DNA from: a virus
IMG/VR virus record: IMGVR_UViG_3300042465_004839
Span: 9,170-73,169 of that record
Length of the DNA: 64,000 nt
Direction: 5' to 3' (one strand)
The notes beneath the pieces were generated by a model that worked only from the letters and a program-made list of their open reading frames with translations, did no database searches and was not told the DNA's origin. This document shows, piece by piece, positions 36,628-45,770 of this stretch; within the stretch, counting starts at the first letter, position 1, and each line of letters starts with the position of its first letter. The position numbers were made by a program, and so were the translations under genes.

Positions 36628-37116
36628 ATGAAATACGAAATACCAAAGAAGGCAATGGCAATTGTAGATAGTTTAGCAAAATTAGAGTTAGGGCAAACCT
36701 CTTTCTATAAAAGACTTGCTCAACAAGCTAACAAAACAGGCTTTCTGTTAGCAGAAAAATACTTTGTAGCAGAAAGTATAGAAGAGAATGAACACTTTTT
36801 AGGATGGCAAAACTATGTTAATGGTAGAGGAAATGACTTTTCCATACCAAGTATTGAAGAGTATGATATAGAGGCTAAAGACTTAACTGAACTAATAAAC
36901 CTAAGTTTAGAGAAAGAGATAGATGTTAGTATGGCTTACAACGAAGCGTACAGCGAACTGTTATCATTAGATGTACCAACTGCTATAAAAGTAACAAAAT
37001 ACATTAAAATTCAAACATTAGCAGTAGCAATATACAAAGACTACGCAGCAACATTTAGTGGATTAGACAAAAGTGGACAGTTAGTAGCTGAACACACTAT
37101 TTTTGAGGAAAACTAA
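36628..37116 (+). CDS. ferritin-like protein
   Basis: E..Y in helix A, ESIEENEH (ExxEExxH), EKE, IQ; 162 aa. Confidence 0.8.
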   Translation: MKYEIPKKAMAIVDSLAKLELGQTSFYKRLAQQANKTGFLLAEKYFVAESIEENEHFLGWQNYVNGRGNDFSIPSIEEYDIEAKDLTELINLSLEKEIDVSMAYNEAYSELLSLDVPTAIKVTKYIKIQTLAVAIYKDYAATFSGLDKSGQLVAEHTIFEEN

Positions 37117-37140
37117 TAACACATTACAATTTTTAATAAT

Positions 37141-37187
37141 GCTCACCATGCCTCTCAACGATGCACACTTTGGTGGGCTTTTTTTTT
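37141..37187 (+). terminator. intrinsic terminator of the ferritin cassette (large structured loop)
   Basis: GCTCACCA...TGGTGGGC followed by T9. Confidence 0.7.
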
Positions 37188-37234
37188 GTTATAAAAAAGA
37201 CTAAATTTGTTACTTTAAATAAACATAATAATCA

Positions 37235-40200
37235 ATGGCTTGTAATATAAATTATACCCCTATTGGGAAGACAGAACCTATAAAACTTACTGAAGCAGAG
37301 TTTATTGTATACCTTGCAACGCCAGATGAGAATGGAGAAACAGAGTATCAACGACTACTTGATGCAGGAATAGATTTACCTAAAATAACCCAACCAAAAG
37401 CAACTAAAAAAGAAGCTGAACCTGTTCAAGAAGGCGAGAAGAGAGAAAAGTCTGTACTAAATAAATTTATGAATAGTACAGCAGGATCTAAGTTTAAGAA
37501 AGACATAGAAACTTTAGGTTTAGAGTATGTAATAAAAGACCAAGCAGCAGCAAACGAGTACGCCCAGTACCTTTATAATAACTTAGGTTTTGCAGAAGCA
37601 TTAAGAGAGGCTACTTACAATGATGTTAAAACATTAGTATTTGGGGCAGCAATAGATGACTTATCAAAGAAAATAGAAACAGCAACAGGAAAAGAGTTAG
37701 CAGACTTAGAGGCAGAACGCAAGAAGGTAGTAAATGAGTTTGATGAGTTTGCAAGAGATTTAGGTAGAGGAGTAGCAGCAATAGGCTACTGGTATCTAAA
37801 CAATGCATCGGCAATTGAGTTTATGCTAAAAAGACAGATAGAGAATCAAGCTAAAGAAATACTATCACCAAAAGGACAAAAAGCAAACGAAACATTACAA
37901 CACAAGTTAGACCAAGTAAGTAAAGAGTTAGCAGATTTAAAAGCAAGTGCAAGTAGTGAGGCAGCAGCAAGGGCAGCAGCAAAAGCAGAGAAAGAGGCAG
38001 GTATAAGTATAGAGAAAGAGTTAGCTAAAAAGGATGGTATTGGTAAAAATGCTACTGAGGCTAAGAAAAAGCAAGTAAGAGATTTTATGAGTAAGTTTTT
38101 GGTTGATGAATCAAAACCTTTAAGTAATAAAACCTTTTCAACAATACTTCCTGTCAATGTTATAATTGACCCTAAAAAGTATAATAAGTTTATAGAGTTT
38201 CTTACAAAGCGACTTGAGGATGGAGTTGATATTCAAATGGCAATATCACAAGCATCAACAGATATGTTACTCTTTGCAAAAAGTAAGGAAATAAAAGATA
38301 TTGTAAATCTTTTTAATAAAAAAAGAAAAGAGTCAACTAACGAAAAACCTAAATCAGAACTACAGGAACAAAGAGAAGCTGCTAAAAAAGCATTTTACGA
38401 TATAGCTAATATGGGCAAGAAAGCTATGCGTGGAGAGATGACTCCTAAAGAATACAAACAATTTATAGAGGAGTTACTACTATCATCTGATGAGATACAG
38501 GCAAAAAGCAAGCAAGACTTTATAGATAAACTAACAGCAAAATTAAAGGAGTACGGAATAGAAAATGCAAGTGAGTATGTAAAAATATTTGTTGCTGAAA
38601 GAGAGGCTATTATTAATCAGAAAGCACAACAAATATTAGACAGAACTTTTAAGGGAATAAAAGATAAGTTAAGTGGAACATTTTTCCCAAGCAGAAAGAA
38701 AATAGAAACTCAAAGAATAATGGAGGCTATTATGTATGGCGCATTACAAAATGAGGACTATGCTAAATTATTCTACGAAAAGTACGGTATAGTAGATGCA
38801 AACGACCCACAAGTAGCAGAAAAATTAAAGGAACTTACAGAAATGTATAAAAATGCTACTACACCATTCTACAAAGAAATGGTATTAGCAAGGGCTGCTG
38901 GATACATTGGGTACATAAAAGCTAAAAATAAAACTTTAGGAGCTTGGTTAAACTATTTCTACAATAATATTTTACTTCATTACGATACTATTTTCAAAAT
39001 GATAAAGTTTAACGTAACTGCAAAGTTAGGAGGTACAGCGATGTTAATGGCAAAGAATCCTTACAATGCTATGTATTTTGCAAAAAAGATGTTTACAAGG
39101 AGTGGACTAAACTTTAGTAGGTCTTTGGCAATGGCAGAAGCAGCTTTTAGAGATAAGGTAAACATGAAGTTTGACTTAAAGGATAACGATGCAATATTAA
39201 ACTTAAAAGACTATATAGGTAATAAGTTTAAAAGATTTGTTCAATCTTTTAATAGAATGGCATCAAGAAGTTTAGGAGGCGGTGATGCTTTGTTTAGTTC
39301 AGTTGCAGCAGAAGCAAAATTAACTGAACTGTTATTTAACGAGTTTAGTAAAGAATTAAAGGCTAAAGGTATAAAGTTAAGCAAAAAAGAAACACAGGCT
39401 CTTATAAACGATATAATGGGTCACGATGCAGTAATTATAGATGCTATAAACGAGCAGTCAATAAAAGATGCATTAGCATATTATAATAAGAATAGTTATG
39501 AGGAATTAACTGCTGATGAAAAGCATGATGTAAAATTAAATACATTGTACACCTTGAATAAAAGAATGATTACAAGGGGTGCTGAGTTAGCAACAGAATT
39601 TGATTTAGCAAATATTAATGCACAAAGCATAATGATGGATAAGGAAAGAGCTGACAAGTGGGCTAAGACATCAGTAATGTACGGTAGACCAGAAGGAACA
39701 GTTGGACTTATTGCCGATGTAATAGGAACAGTAGGGGAAGGATTACAATGGTCAAAACCATTCTTTGCAACTATTATAAATGCACCATTGAATATGCTAA
39801 ACTTATATATTAACGGATCACCTTTAGGTATTGCAAGGTTAGCACTTAACTTATCAAGAAGTAAGAGAGGATTATTCTTGAGTGATGCATACATTAAAAA
39901 GCATGGGTTAGAGGCAGGAGTAAACATTACACCTGACCAAAAGAAGGAAATGATTATAAGAGTTGCTGCTGCACAGTTGTTAACAATTGGTATTTGTGCT
40001 TTACAGGGAGCTTTTGATGATGATGATGATTTAGAAGAAGAATGGAAAAAAGGTACATGGAGAGATAGAAAATTATATATAACAGCCGACTTGACAGGTG
40101 ACTACAAAAAGAATGAAACATTAAAGAAGACAGCAGGCGGTGCAGGATTAGAGGAGTACTCTGTGTATGCATATGGTCGAAAGGTTTGGGATTATAAAGA

Positions 40201-41356
40201 TGATTTTAGTGGAATATTCTTTTTACAGTCAGGTATTTATATGGATGCAAGAAGAAGTGGCAGAATAAATAAAGATAGAACTTGGGCTGATAAGTTACTT
40301 GCAGCACAAATGTTAGAAATAGAAGCACTAAAGGATATATCTTCATTAAAATCTGTAGCAGAAACTATAGATGTAGTTTTAGGTGGTGGAAAGTATAAAG
40401 GGGAAGAGTTAAATATTACACAAAGAATGAAAGACCATTGGGAAACATCAATGGCTAAAACTATAACAGCAGGAGGATTCCCAGCAGGTAGGATGTGGCA
40501 ATCAGCAATTGAAGACTACAGAGGTTTAACATCTCAAGATAAAAAAGAACCTTACGGAGTTTTAGATAAATTAAAAGGAATGGTAGCCTTACAAGAAGAT
40601 TTAAGAACTAAAACAGACTTCTTTGGTAGACCAATAAAAGAAAGATTTAAAGTAGCATCACCTTTAGCAACTAACTTTGTAAGGCAAACTCCTACAAACG
40701 AATGGTTGATATTATGGCAAAAGGCAAAACTGTCAGACCCTTTATTTACGTTATTGGCTGAACATGATTTTAATGAAATAAAACATAAGCTTAGAACAAA
40801 TCAAGCTATGACAGACTTAGGTAAGTACGGAATAGGTAAGATAGACCTTACACAAAGACAGATAGATGAGATAAATGAGGCAAGGGGTAAAGCACTTTTA
40901 ACATTCCTATCAGACCCAACTAATTTTGAGGCAATGGATATGCTTGACGACAAAGAATTTGCAACAGTAGCAACACTTGTACTAAATACTGCAAATAGAA
41001 ATGCATTCCAAAAAGTAGTAGAAGGCAAAACAACAAACACGCTATCAACAGGATACATAGAGGCACAAGAGCAGGCGGACTTGAAAGAAATTGATGCTAA
41101 AATGAAGAAGGCTAAGGAAGAAGTTATTGCTGAAGAAAAACGTATACAAAGAAATCGTATCACTCAAGAAGAGTTAGACTTTAGTAAAAAAGTAGGAAAG
41201 GGTGACTGGGATAGAAGAAAAGATTATTTCATACTTGACTTACAAAACAGCAATTCTCCAGAAAGCCAAATAAGAAGGTGGACAAAAGGATTTGGCGGTA
41301 CAGATGATATTACAGTAACCGAAGCAGAAGATTTAAGAAAACAATTAAAAAAATAA
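37235..41356 (+). CDS. large internal virion / cargo protein
   Basis: 1373 aa, helical; hydrophobic segment followed by DDDDD; KTDFFGRPI near C-terminus; begins MAC. Confidence 0.7.
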   Translation: MACNINYTPIGKTEPIKLTEAEFIVYLATPDENGETEYQRLLDAGIDLPKITQPKATKKEAEPVQEGEKREKSVLNKFMNSTAGSKFKKDIETLGLEYVIKDQAAANEYAQYLYNNLGFAEALREATYNDVKTLVFGAAIDDLSKKIETATGKELADLEAERKKVVNEFDEFARDLGRGVAAIGYWYLNNASAIEFMLKRQIENQAKEILSPKGQKANETLQHKLDQVSKELADLKASASSEAAARAAAKAEKEAGISIEKELAKKDGIGKNATEAKKKQVRDFMSKFLVDESKPLSNKTFSTILPVNVIIDPKKYNKFIEFLTKRLEDGVDIQMAISQASTDMLLFAKSKEIKDIVNLFNKKRKESTNEKPKSELQEQREAAKKAFYDIANMGKKAMRGEMTPKEYKQFIEELLLSSDEIQAKSKQDFIDKLTAKLKEYGIENASEYVKIFVAEREAIINQKAQQILDRTFKGIKDKLSGTFFPSRKKIETQRIMEAIMYGALQNEDYAKLFYEKYGIVDANDPQVAEKLKELTEMYKNATTPFYKEMVLARAAGYIGYIKAKNKTLGAWLNYFYNNILLHYDTIFKMIKFNVTAKLGGTAMLMAKNPYNAMYFAKKMFTRSGLNFSRSLAMAEAAFRDKVNMKFDLKDNDAILNLKDYIGNKFKRFVQSFNRMASRSLGGGDALFSSVAAEAKLTELLFNEFSKELKAKGIKLSKKETQALINDIMGHDAVIIDAINEQSIKDALAYYNKNSYEELTADEKHDVKLNTLYTLNKRMITRGAELATEFDLANINAQSIMMDKERADKWAKTSVMYGRPEGTVGLIADVIGTVGEGLQWSKPFFATIINAPLNMLNLYINGSPLGIARLALNLSRSKRGLFLSDAYIKKHGLEAGVNITPDQKKEMIIRVAAAQLLTIGICALQGAFDDDDDLEEEWKKGTWRDRKLYITADLTGDYKKNETLKKTAGGAGLEEYSVYAYGRKVWDYKDDFSGIFFLQSGIYMDARRSGRINKDRTWADKLLAAQMLEIEALKDISSLKSVAETIDVVLGGGKYKGEELNITQRMKDHWETSMAKTITAGGFPAGRMWQSAIEDYRGLTSQDKKEPYGVLDKLKGMVALQEDLRTKTDFFGRPIKERFKVASPLATNFVRQTPTNEWLILWQKAKLSDPLFTLLAEHDFNEIKHKLRTNQAMTDLGKYGIGKIDLTQRQIDEINEARGKALLTFLSDPTNFEAMDMLDDKEFATVATLVLNTANRNAFQKVVEGKTTNTLSTGYIEAQEQADLKEIDAKMKKAKEEVIAEEKRIQRNRITQEELDFSKKVGKGDWDRRKDYFILDLQNSNSPESQIRRWTKGFGGTDDITVTEAEDLRKQLKK

Positions 41357-41369
41357 CTATCTTTGTAAC

Positions 41370-41993
41370 ATGACAGGAGCAGAAATATACGGAATATTAG
41401 GAGCATTATATGACTTTCCTATGAACGGGATTATACCAAAGGCAAAGGTAAATCAACAGTTAGTAATGATTCAAGCAGAGTACTTTAAACCTATGTTTAA
41501 ATTATTTGGTGAGAATGGTGAAATAAATGGTGAGTTAGAGCCACTAATGAAAACATTTTCTGTTGCAACACCTACTAATAATAAGGTATCTAAAACAGCA
41601 AGTATGGTAGACTACTTTGCTTTAATAGGTATTGATGCAACATTTGCTGTAAACGGTAACAACTACACAAATACTGCTGCTCCTTTACCACCAAACTCAA
41701 TGACCAATAGTTTCAGCAATGGAACATTTTTGTACCCTAAGTACTATATAGTAAATGATGACATAATAATATACCCTAAAAACATTCAATGCACATTAGC
41801 AGAGGGCAACTATTTTAGAACACCATTTACCATAGATGTAACAAATAGTGGTACACAGATACTTTATAACATTAACACAGTAACAGGAATAGTAAGACAG
41901 TTACTTTCAAGTTACGGATTAAGTTTATCAGACCCACGTTATCAACAATGGGAACGTGAAATTATGCAAACAAATAACACCGTAATTAAATAA
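41370..41993 (+). CDS. putative head-tail connector / ring protein
   Basis: 207 aa; YPKYY...IIIYP...YFRTP pattern of podovirus ring proteins. Confidence 0.55.
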   Translation: MTGAEIYGILGALYDFPMNGIIPKAKVNQQLVMIQAEYFKPMFKLFGENGEINGELEPLMKTFSVATPTNNKVSKTASMVDYFALIGIDATFAVNGNNYTNTAAPLPPNSMTNSFSNGTFLYPKYYIVNDDIIIYPKNIQCTLAEGNYFRTPFTIDVTNSGTQILYNINTVTGIVRQLLSSYGLSLSDPRYQQWEREIMQTNNTVIK

Positions 41994-42868
41994 TGGCACT
42001 ACTACCAAAAATAAACCTATACCAAAACAGCGAAGATAATTCAGTTGTAGAAATACTTGATACAACAGGTCTATACGCAACAAATAATATTGGAGGATAC
42101 AATTCACCTAATTTATCTATATCAAGTGCTTACGGAGTATTAAGAGTAGGAAACTACCTAAGCTTACAGAACCTTAATATTTTAAGTAGTGGTAACTTAA
42201 CTCAATACAAAGAGTACATTAAAACAGCAGGCACTAATAAAACATACGATAACAAAGTATTAGTAGTAGGAAGTGTGTTCACACCATTTATAAGTGTAGC
42301 AGTACAAAGTGGCGATACATTTGAAGAAACTGGGTATTACTACTCACCACTTGGAACATGGCTACCAAGTGTAACTACTCCAATATACTTGACAAGTCAG
42401 AATTTAGGTTTAGGTGCAAGTGATGTAATAACCGATACGATATTCCCAATAGAATATAAGGTGTACGGTGCAATACTAACTAACCCTACAACAACAGTAG
42501 GAACAGAGTACTTAGTACAAAGTAACTCAACAACGTGGGGTGGAAACACATACCGCAAAGGAGAACTATTTATAGCAAGTGCAGCAAGTGCAGTTGTAGG
42601 AACAGTAAGTCCTTACGCAGGAGGTTACTACAATACTTTCCAGACATCGTTCAATATTAGTCAGCAATTGAAGGATTTAATTGTGAGTAATATTAACAAT
42701 CCTAAACCCAAAAACGAACAGTTCCAAATGGAGATAGCAAGACTATACTCAAGAATAGAGGCAATGAACTGGAACAACGGATTAGGTAATGTAAGTCAAA
42801 CAAATGCTTACGATAACATACAAGACATAGCAAACACTTGTACAGCATTAGCAACTAATAATTACTAA
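41993..42868 (+). CDS. virion structural protein (tail hub-like), paralog of 51583-52449
   Basis: DTTGLY...GGY start; collinear similarity to 51583-52449. Confidence 0.55.
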   Translation: MALLPKINLYQNSEDNSVVEILDTTGLYATNNIGGYNSPNLSISSAYGVLRVGNYLSLQNLNILSSGNLTQYKEYIKTAGTNKTYDNKVLVVGSVFTPFISVAVQSGDTFEETGYYYSPLGTWLPSVTTPIYLTSQNLGLGASDVITDTIFPIEYKVYGAILTNPTTTVGTEYLVQSNSTTWGGNTYRKGELFIASAASAVVGTVSPYAGGYYNTFQTSFNISQQLKDLIVSNINNPKPKNEQFQMEIARLYSRIEAMNWNNGLGNVSQTNAYDNIQDIANTCTALATNNY

Positions 42869-42869
42869 A

Positions 42870-43124
42870 GTGAACGAACATAAACTATACGAAATAATGC
42901 TATCACAGATAACCTTAGAACAACAAGGGTTACCAAACAATAGTTATTTGAATAAAATAATAATGGAAACTACAAACTTACTACAAGCATTAAAATTTGT
43001 AGGATGTACTGCAACTGATACGTTACAGATAGAGAATAGATTAGATGCAATGTTAGGATTTTGGAGGGCAACAACACGCTACACACAAAATATATTTAAC
43101 GGATATTTCCAAACAATAGCTTAA
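42870..43124 (+). CDS. small structural protein, paralog of 51360-51590
   Basis: TDTLQIENRLDAMLGFW vs TDTVSMNNNLDFLLTQW. Confidence 0.55.
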   Translation: MNEHKLYEIMLSQITLEQQGLPNNSYLNKIIMETTNLLQALKFVGCTATDTLQIENRLDAMLGFWRATTRYTQNIFNGYFQTIA

Positions 43125-43133
43125 ATTTGTAGT

Positions 43134-43820
43134 ATGAATACCTTAAAAATAGTAGATGAATTAGTAAGAGCCGTAAATAGCGGTTATAATAGTAGTGACA
43201 AGAAAGTTGATGACAATTATATATTTGAAATGCTACCACAATGGAGAGCGCAGATGATGATACTTGCCTACAACGGAGGTAAAGTACCAAACAGCAATAC
43301 TATTATAAAAGGGAATAGATTAATTCCAAGTGATTGGAAGCAAGAAATAACCTATACTATAAACCCATCACAACAAGACCCAACAGCAGAATATTTAACA
43401 GTAACAGGAACACAGTTAGTGAGCTTAAATGAATTCAATGATGGTATGCAATATTTCGGAACTAAAAGCATTGCTAACAGTTTCTTTTATGCAAGGAGTC
43501 TAAATGAAATACAACAGTTAAGAGATTTAAAATTATTAACTAAAAAACCTGCTGTACTAATAGTAGGAAACGAAAGAAGAATTTACGGTAATAAACTATT
43601 AAAAGAAATATTAGAGGTAGGTATATATCAAGATCCATACGCTGCTAATACAGTATTTAATTACAATACAGATAAGTTCCCAATAGCAGAGGATAATATT
43701 TACCTAATGAAAGAAATAGCAATTGCTGCATTAAGGACAGAGTTCAAGGCAATAAAAGATGTAACTGCCGATGGCGGTCAGATTGAACAAGCAACTTTGA
43801 AAAACAATATTTTAGGATAG
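43134..43820 (+). CDS. putative ring / tail tubular protein
   Basis: W R A..I near N-terminus, GIYQDP, FPI, DVTADG as in crAss-type ring proteins. Confidence 0.6.
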   Translation: MNTLKIVDELVRAVNSGYNSSDKKVDDNYIFEMLPQWRAQMMILAYNGGKVPNSNTIIKGNRLIPSDWKQEITYTINPSQQDPTAEYLTVTGTQLVSLNEFNDGMQYFGTKSIANSFFYARSLNEIQQLRDLKLLTKKPAVLIVGNERRIYGNKLLKEILEVGIYQDPYAANTVFNYNTDKFPIAEDNIYLMKEIAIAALRTEFKAIKDVTADGGQIEQATLKNNILG

Positions 43821-43825
43821 AAATA

Positions 43826-43858
43826 AAAAAGCCCTAACTAAAAATTAGGGCTTTTCTT
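43826..43858. terminator. bidirectional terminator between convergent structural operons
   Basis: AAAAAGCCCTAA CTAAAAA TTAGGGCTTTT. Confidence 0.85.
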
Positions 43859-44524
43859 TTAGTAAGTCTTGAATGCAAATTTGTTGTTAATATCAGCCAC
43901 TCGTTTGGTATCCTGTGAGTCATTCTCCGCAGCAAGACCTCTGATGTATCTTTTCTCTACCTTGTACTCGTGAACATAAGTAGCGTACTTAGCCATTTGA
44001 GATGGGTCACCACGTTCTAAACAGAAGTCAGCGCATACTCCGAAGGTCAAACATAAATCAGCTACACGAGGTAAAACTAAATCTCCGTTCTCATCGGTAT
44101 TAATTCCTATGTAAGAAATTTCACACCACAAGTCCTCTATGGCACTTCCGAACCAAATGTAATTATCCTTAACTCTTGCTGAAGTATTGTTATTAAAGTC
44201 ACCCTTATAGAATCCAGTTGTAGGTGCATAAGGTGCAGTAGAGTTAATGTCATTTAAGGCTTTAAAAGTTCTAATAGGATTATGACCCTCAAGAATAATA
44301 AAACCTTTCGGCAACGGTGCTGTAAACGTAGTCAAATCAATTGGTATTTGAGCAATTTGAGTAGGAAACACAAAGAAATTCCTTAACTTCCTTACGTTAT
44401 CGTTTATACTGTTATAAAGATAAGCATCGTGCAGGGGAGTATCACTAATCCCAAGTTTTAACTTAACCCTTTGTAGAATCTCATTTTCAGAAACTACATC
44501 AAAAATACCATTGTCGTTAGTCAT
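43859..44524 (-). CDS. putative ring / connector protein
   Basis: ISYIGINTDENGDLVLP motif; downstream of portal. Confidence 0.6.
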   Translation of the reverse strand: MTNDNGIFDVVSENEILQRVKLKLGISDTPLHDAYLYNSINDNVRKLRNFFVFPTQIAQIPIDLTTFTAPLPKGFIILEGHNPIRTFKALNDINSTAPYAPTTGFYKGDFNNNTSARVKDNYIWFGSAIEDLWCEISYIGINTDENGDLVLPRVADLCLTFGVCADFCLERGDPSQMAKYATYVHEYKVEKRYIRGLAAENDSQDTKRVADINNKFAFKTY

Positions 44525-44526
44525 TA

Positions 44527-45753
44527 TTATTTAGTTTTAATTATATAAGGAGTTTTTTCAACTCTTACTCTTTCTATTTCAGATGAATACCATTCTTGCA
44601 ACTCAACACTTGAAATTCTAGGGTCTTGTGCTAATTCAGATATACACTTAGCTTCACTTTTACCTGTATCGGCTAAGAACTGGTATCTATTTTTAACCAT
44701 ATCGGCAGTCACATCTTGACCTTTAAATATGATTTGCATCAACTTATTACTTATTTTAAGTTTACTGCTTTCAGTTTCCTTGAAATCTCTATCCTTTTCC
44801 ATACGTTCAAATACAGCAGGTTTAGTTTTTAATCCATCACCAACAGGCTCAACAGTAGTTTCTGCTAATTGGATGTCAGCACTTGGCTCAGAAATTCCTA
44901 ACTCAAACTTCAATAAGTTATATTGTTGCTTGTTCTTTTTAAAGTATGCTACAGCCTCGTTTACATCAGTACCTACATTCTCTTCGTTAAACATAAAGTA
45001 TGCACCAACCTTTTCAATAATGAATTTATCATTCTTAATTAGAACAGTACCTTTAGTAATAGCAACTTGCATTGAGTCCTCTAATTTCTTAGATACAATA
45101 GTATACTTTTCAATATCAGAATTAACTAATGAAACACAATGATTGAATAGACTTCTTTCTTCGTACCCACTAATATTTTTAACACCCCAGATGTAAGCAA
45201 AATCAATCAACTTTTGTTTATCATTCTCAAACCAAGACTTTAATTGAGATGTAGCATCAATAACTAAGAAATTAGTTTCAGTTGCTTTTTCAATTTTAGC
45301 CACGTTGTCAATGTAGTCAAATTTAACCAAGTTAAAGTTTACGTTAGGGTTTAACTCTGCACCTGCTTCGTTTTTAACAGACACTTCGTTATGAAGTTTA
45401 AGGAACGCTAACAATACTTTAATATTGTCGTTATCTTCTGGTGACAAACCATTTTCTACTGCTTCTGAATTTGTATCAAAATAAGTAAAGGAAGTAAAGA
45501 ATATTTTCTTTTCTCCTTCTGTCATAAACCCATTCAATTCAATTGAGTGAATCTTATTTCTTTCGGCAGCTTGTGTCGAATGCTCATCTAACCCACTTGG
45601 TAGATAATCTAACTTACGCAATACATTACCTTCAGAAATAAGGCAAGCCCAATCTCCTTTGTTTACGTTGGTGGTTCTCGCTTTCGTTTCAAACCTAATC
45701 TTTGGAGCAGCACTTAGGGCTTGCTTCGTTTTAATTGTTACTTCTCTTTTCAT
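44527..45753 (-). CDS. conserved morphogenesis-region protein
   Basis: 408 aa, directly downstream of portal. Confidence 0.55.
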   Translation of the reverse strand: MKREVTIKTKQALSAAPKIRFETKARTTNVNKGDWACLISEGNVLRKLDYLPSGLDEHSTQAAERNKIHSIELNGFMTEGEKKIFFTSFTYFDTNSEAVENGLSPEDNDNIKVLLAFLKLHNEVSVKNEAGAELNPNVNFNLVKFDYIDNVAKIEKATETNFLVIDATSQLKSWFENDKQKLIDFAYIWGVKNISGYEERSLFNHCVSLVNSDIEKYTIVSKKLEDSMQVAITKGTVLIKNDKFIIEKVGAYFMFNEENVGTDVNEAVAYFKKNKQQYNLLKFELGISEPSADIQLAETTVEPVGDGLKTKPAVFERMEKDRDFKETESSKLKISNKLMQIIFKGQDVTADMVKNRYQFLADTGKSEAKCISELAQDPRISSVELQEWYSSEIERVRVEKTPYIIKTK

Positions 45754-45770
45754 TGTTTGTTTGTTTTCTT

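Noticed and set aside
27342-41356. Virion RNA polymerase as in crAss-like phages
   Set aside because: No DxDxD catalytic motif in an RNAP context; FDDDDD near 40015 is an acidic run after a hydrophobic helix. Host-type promoters precede structural genes.
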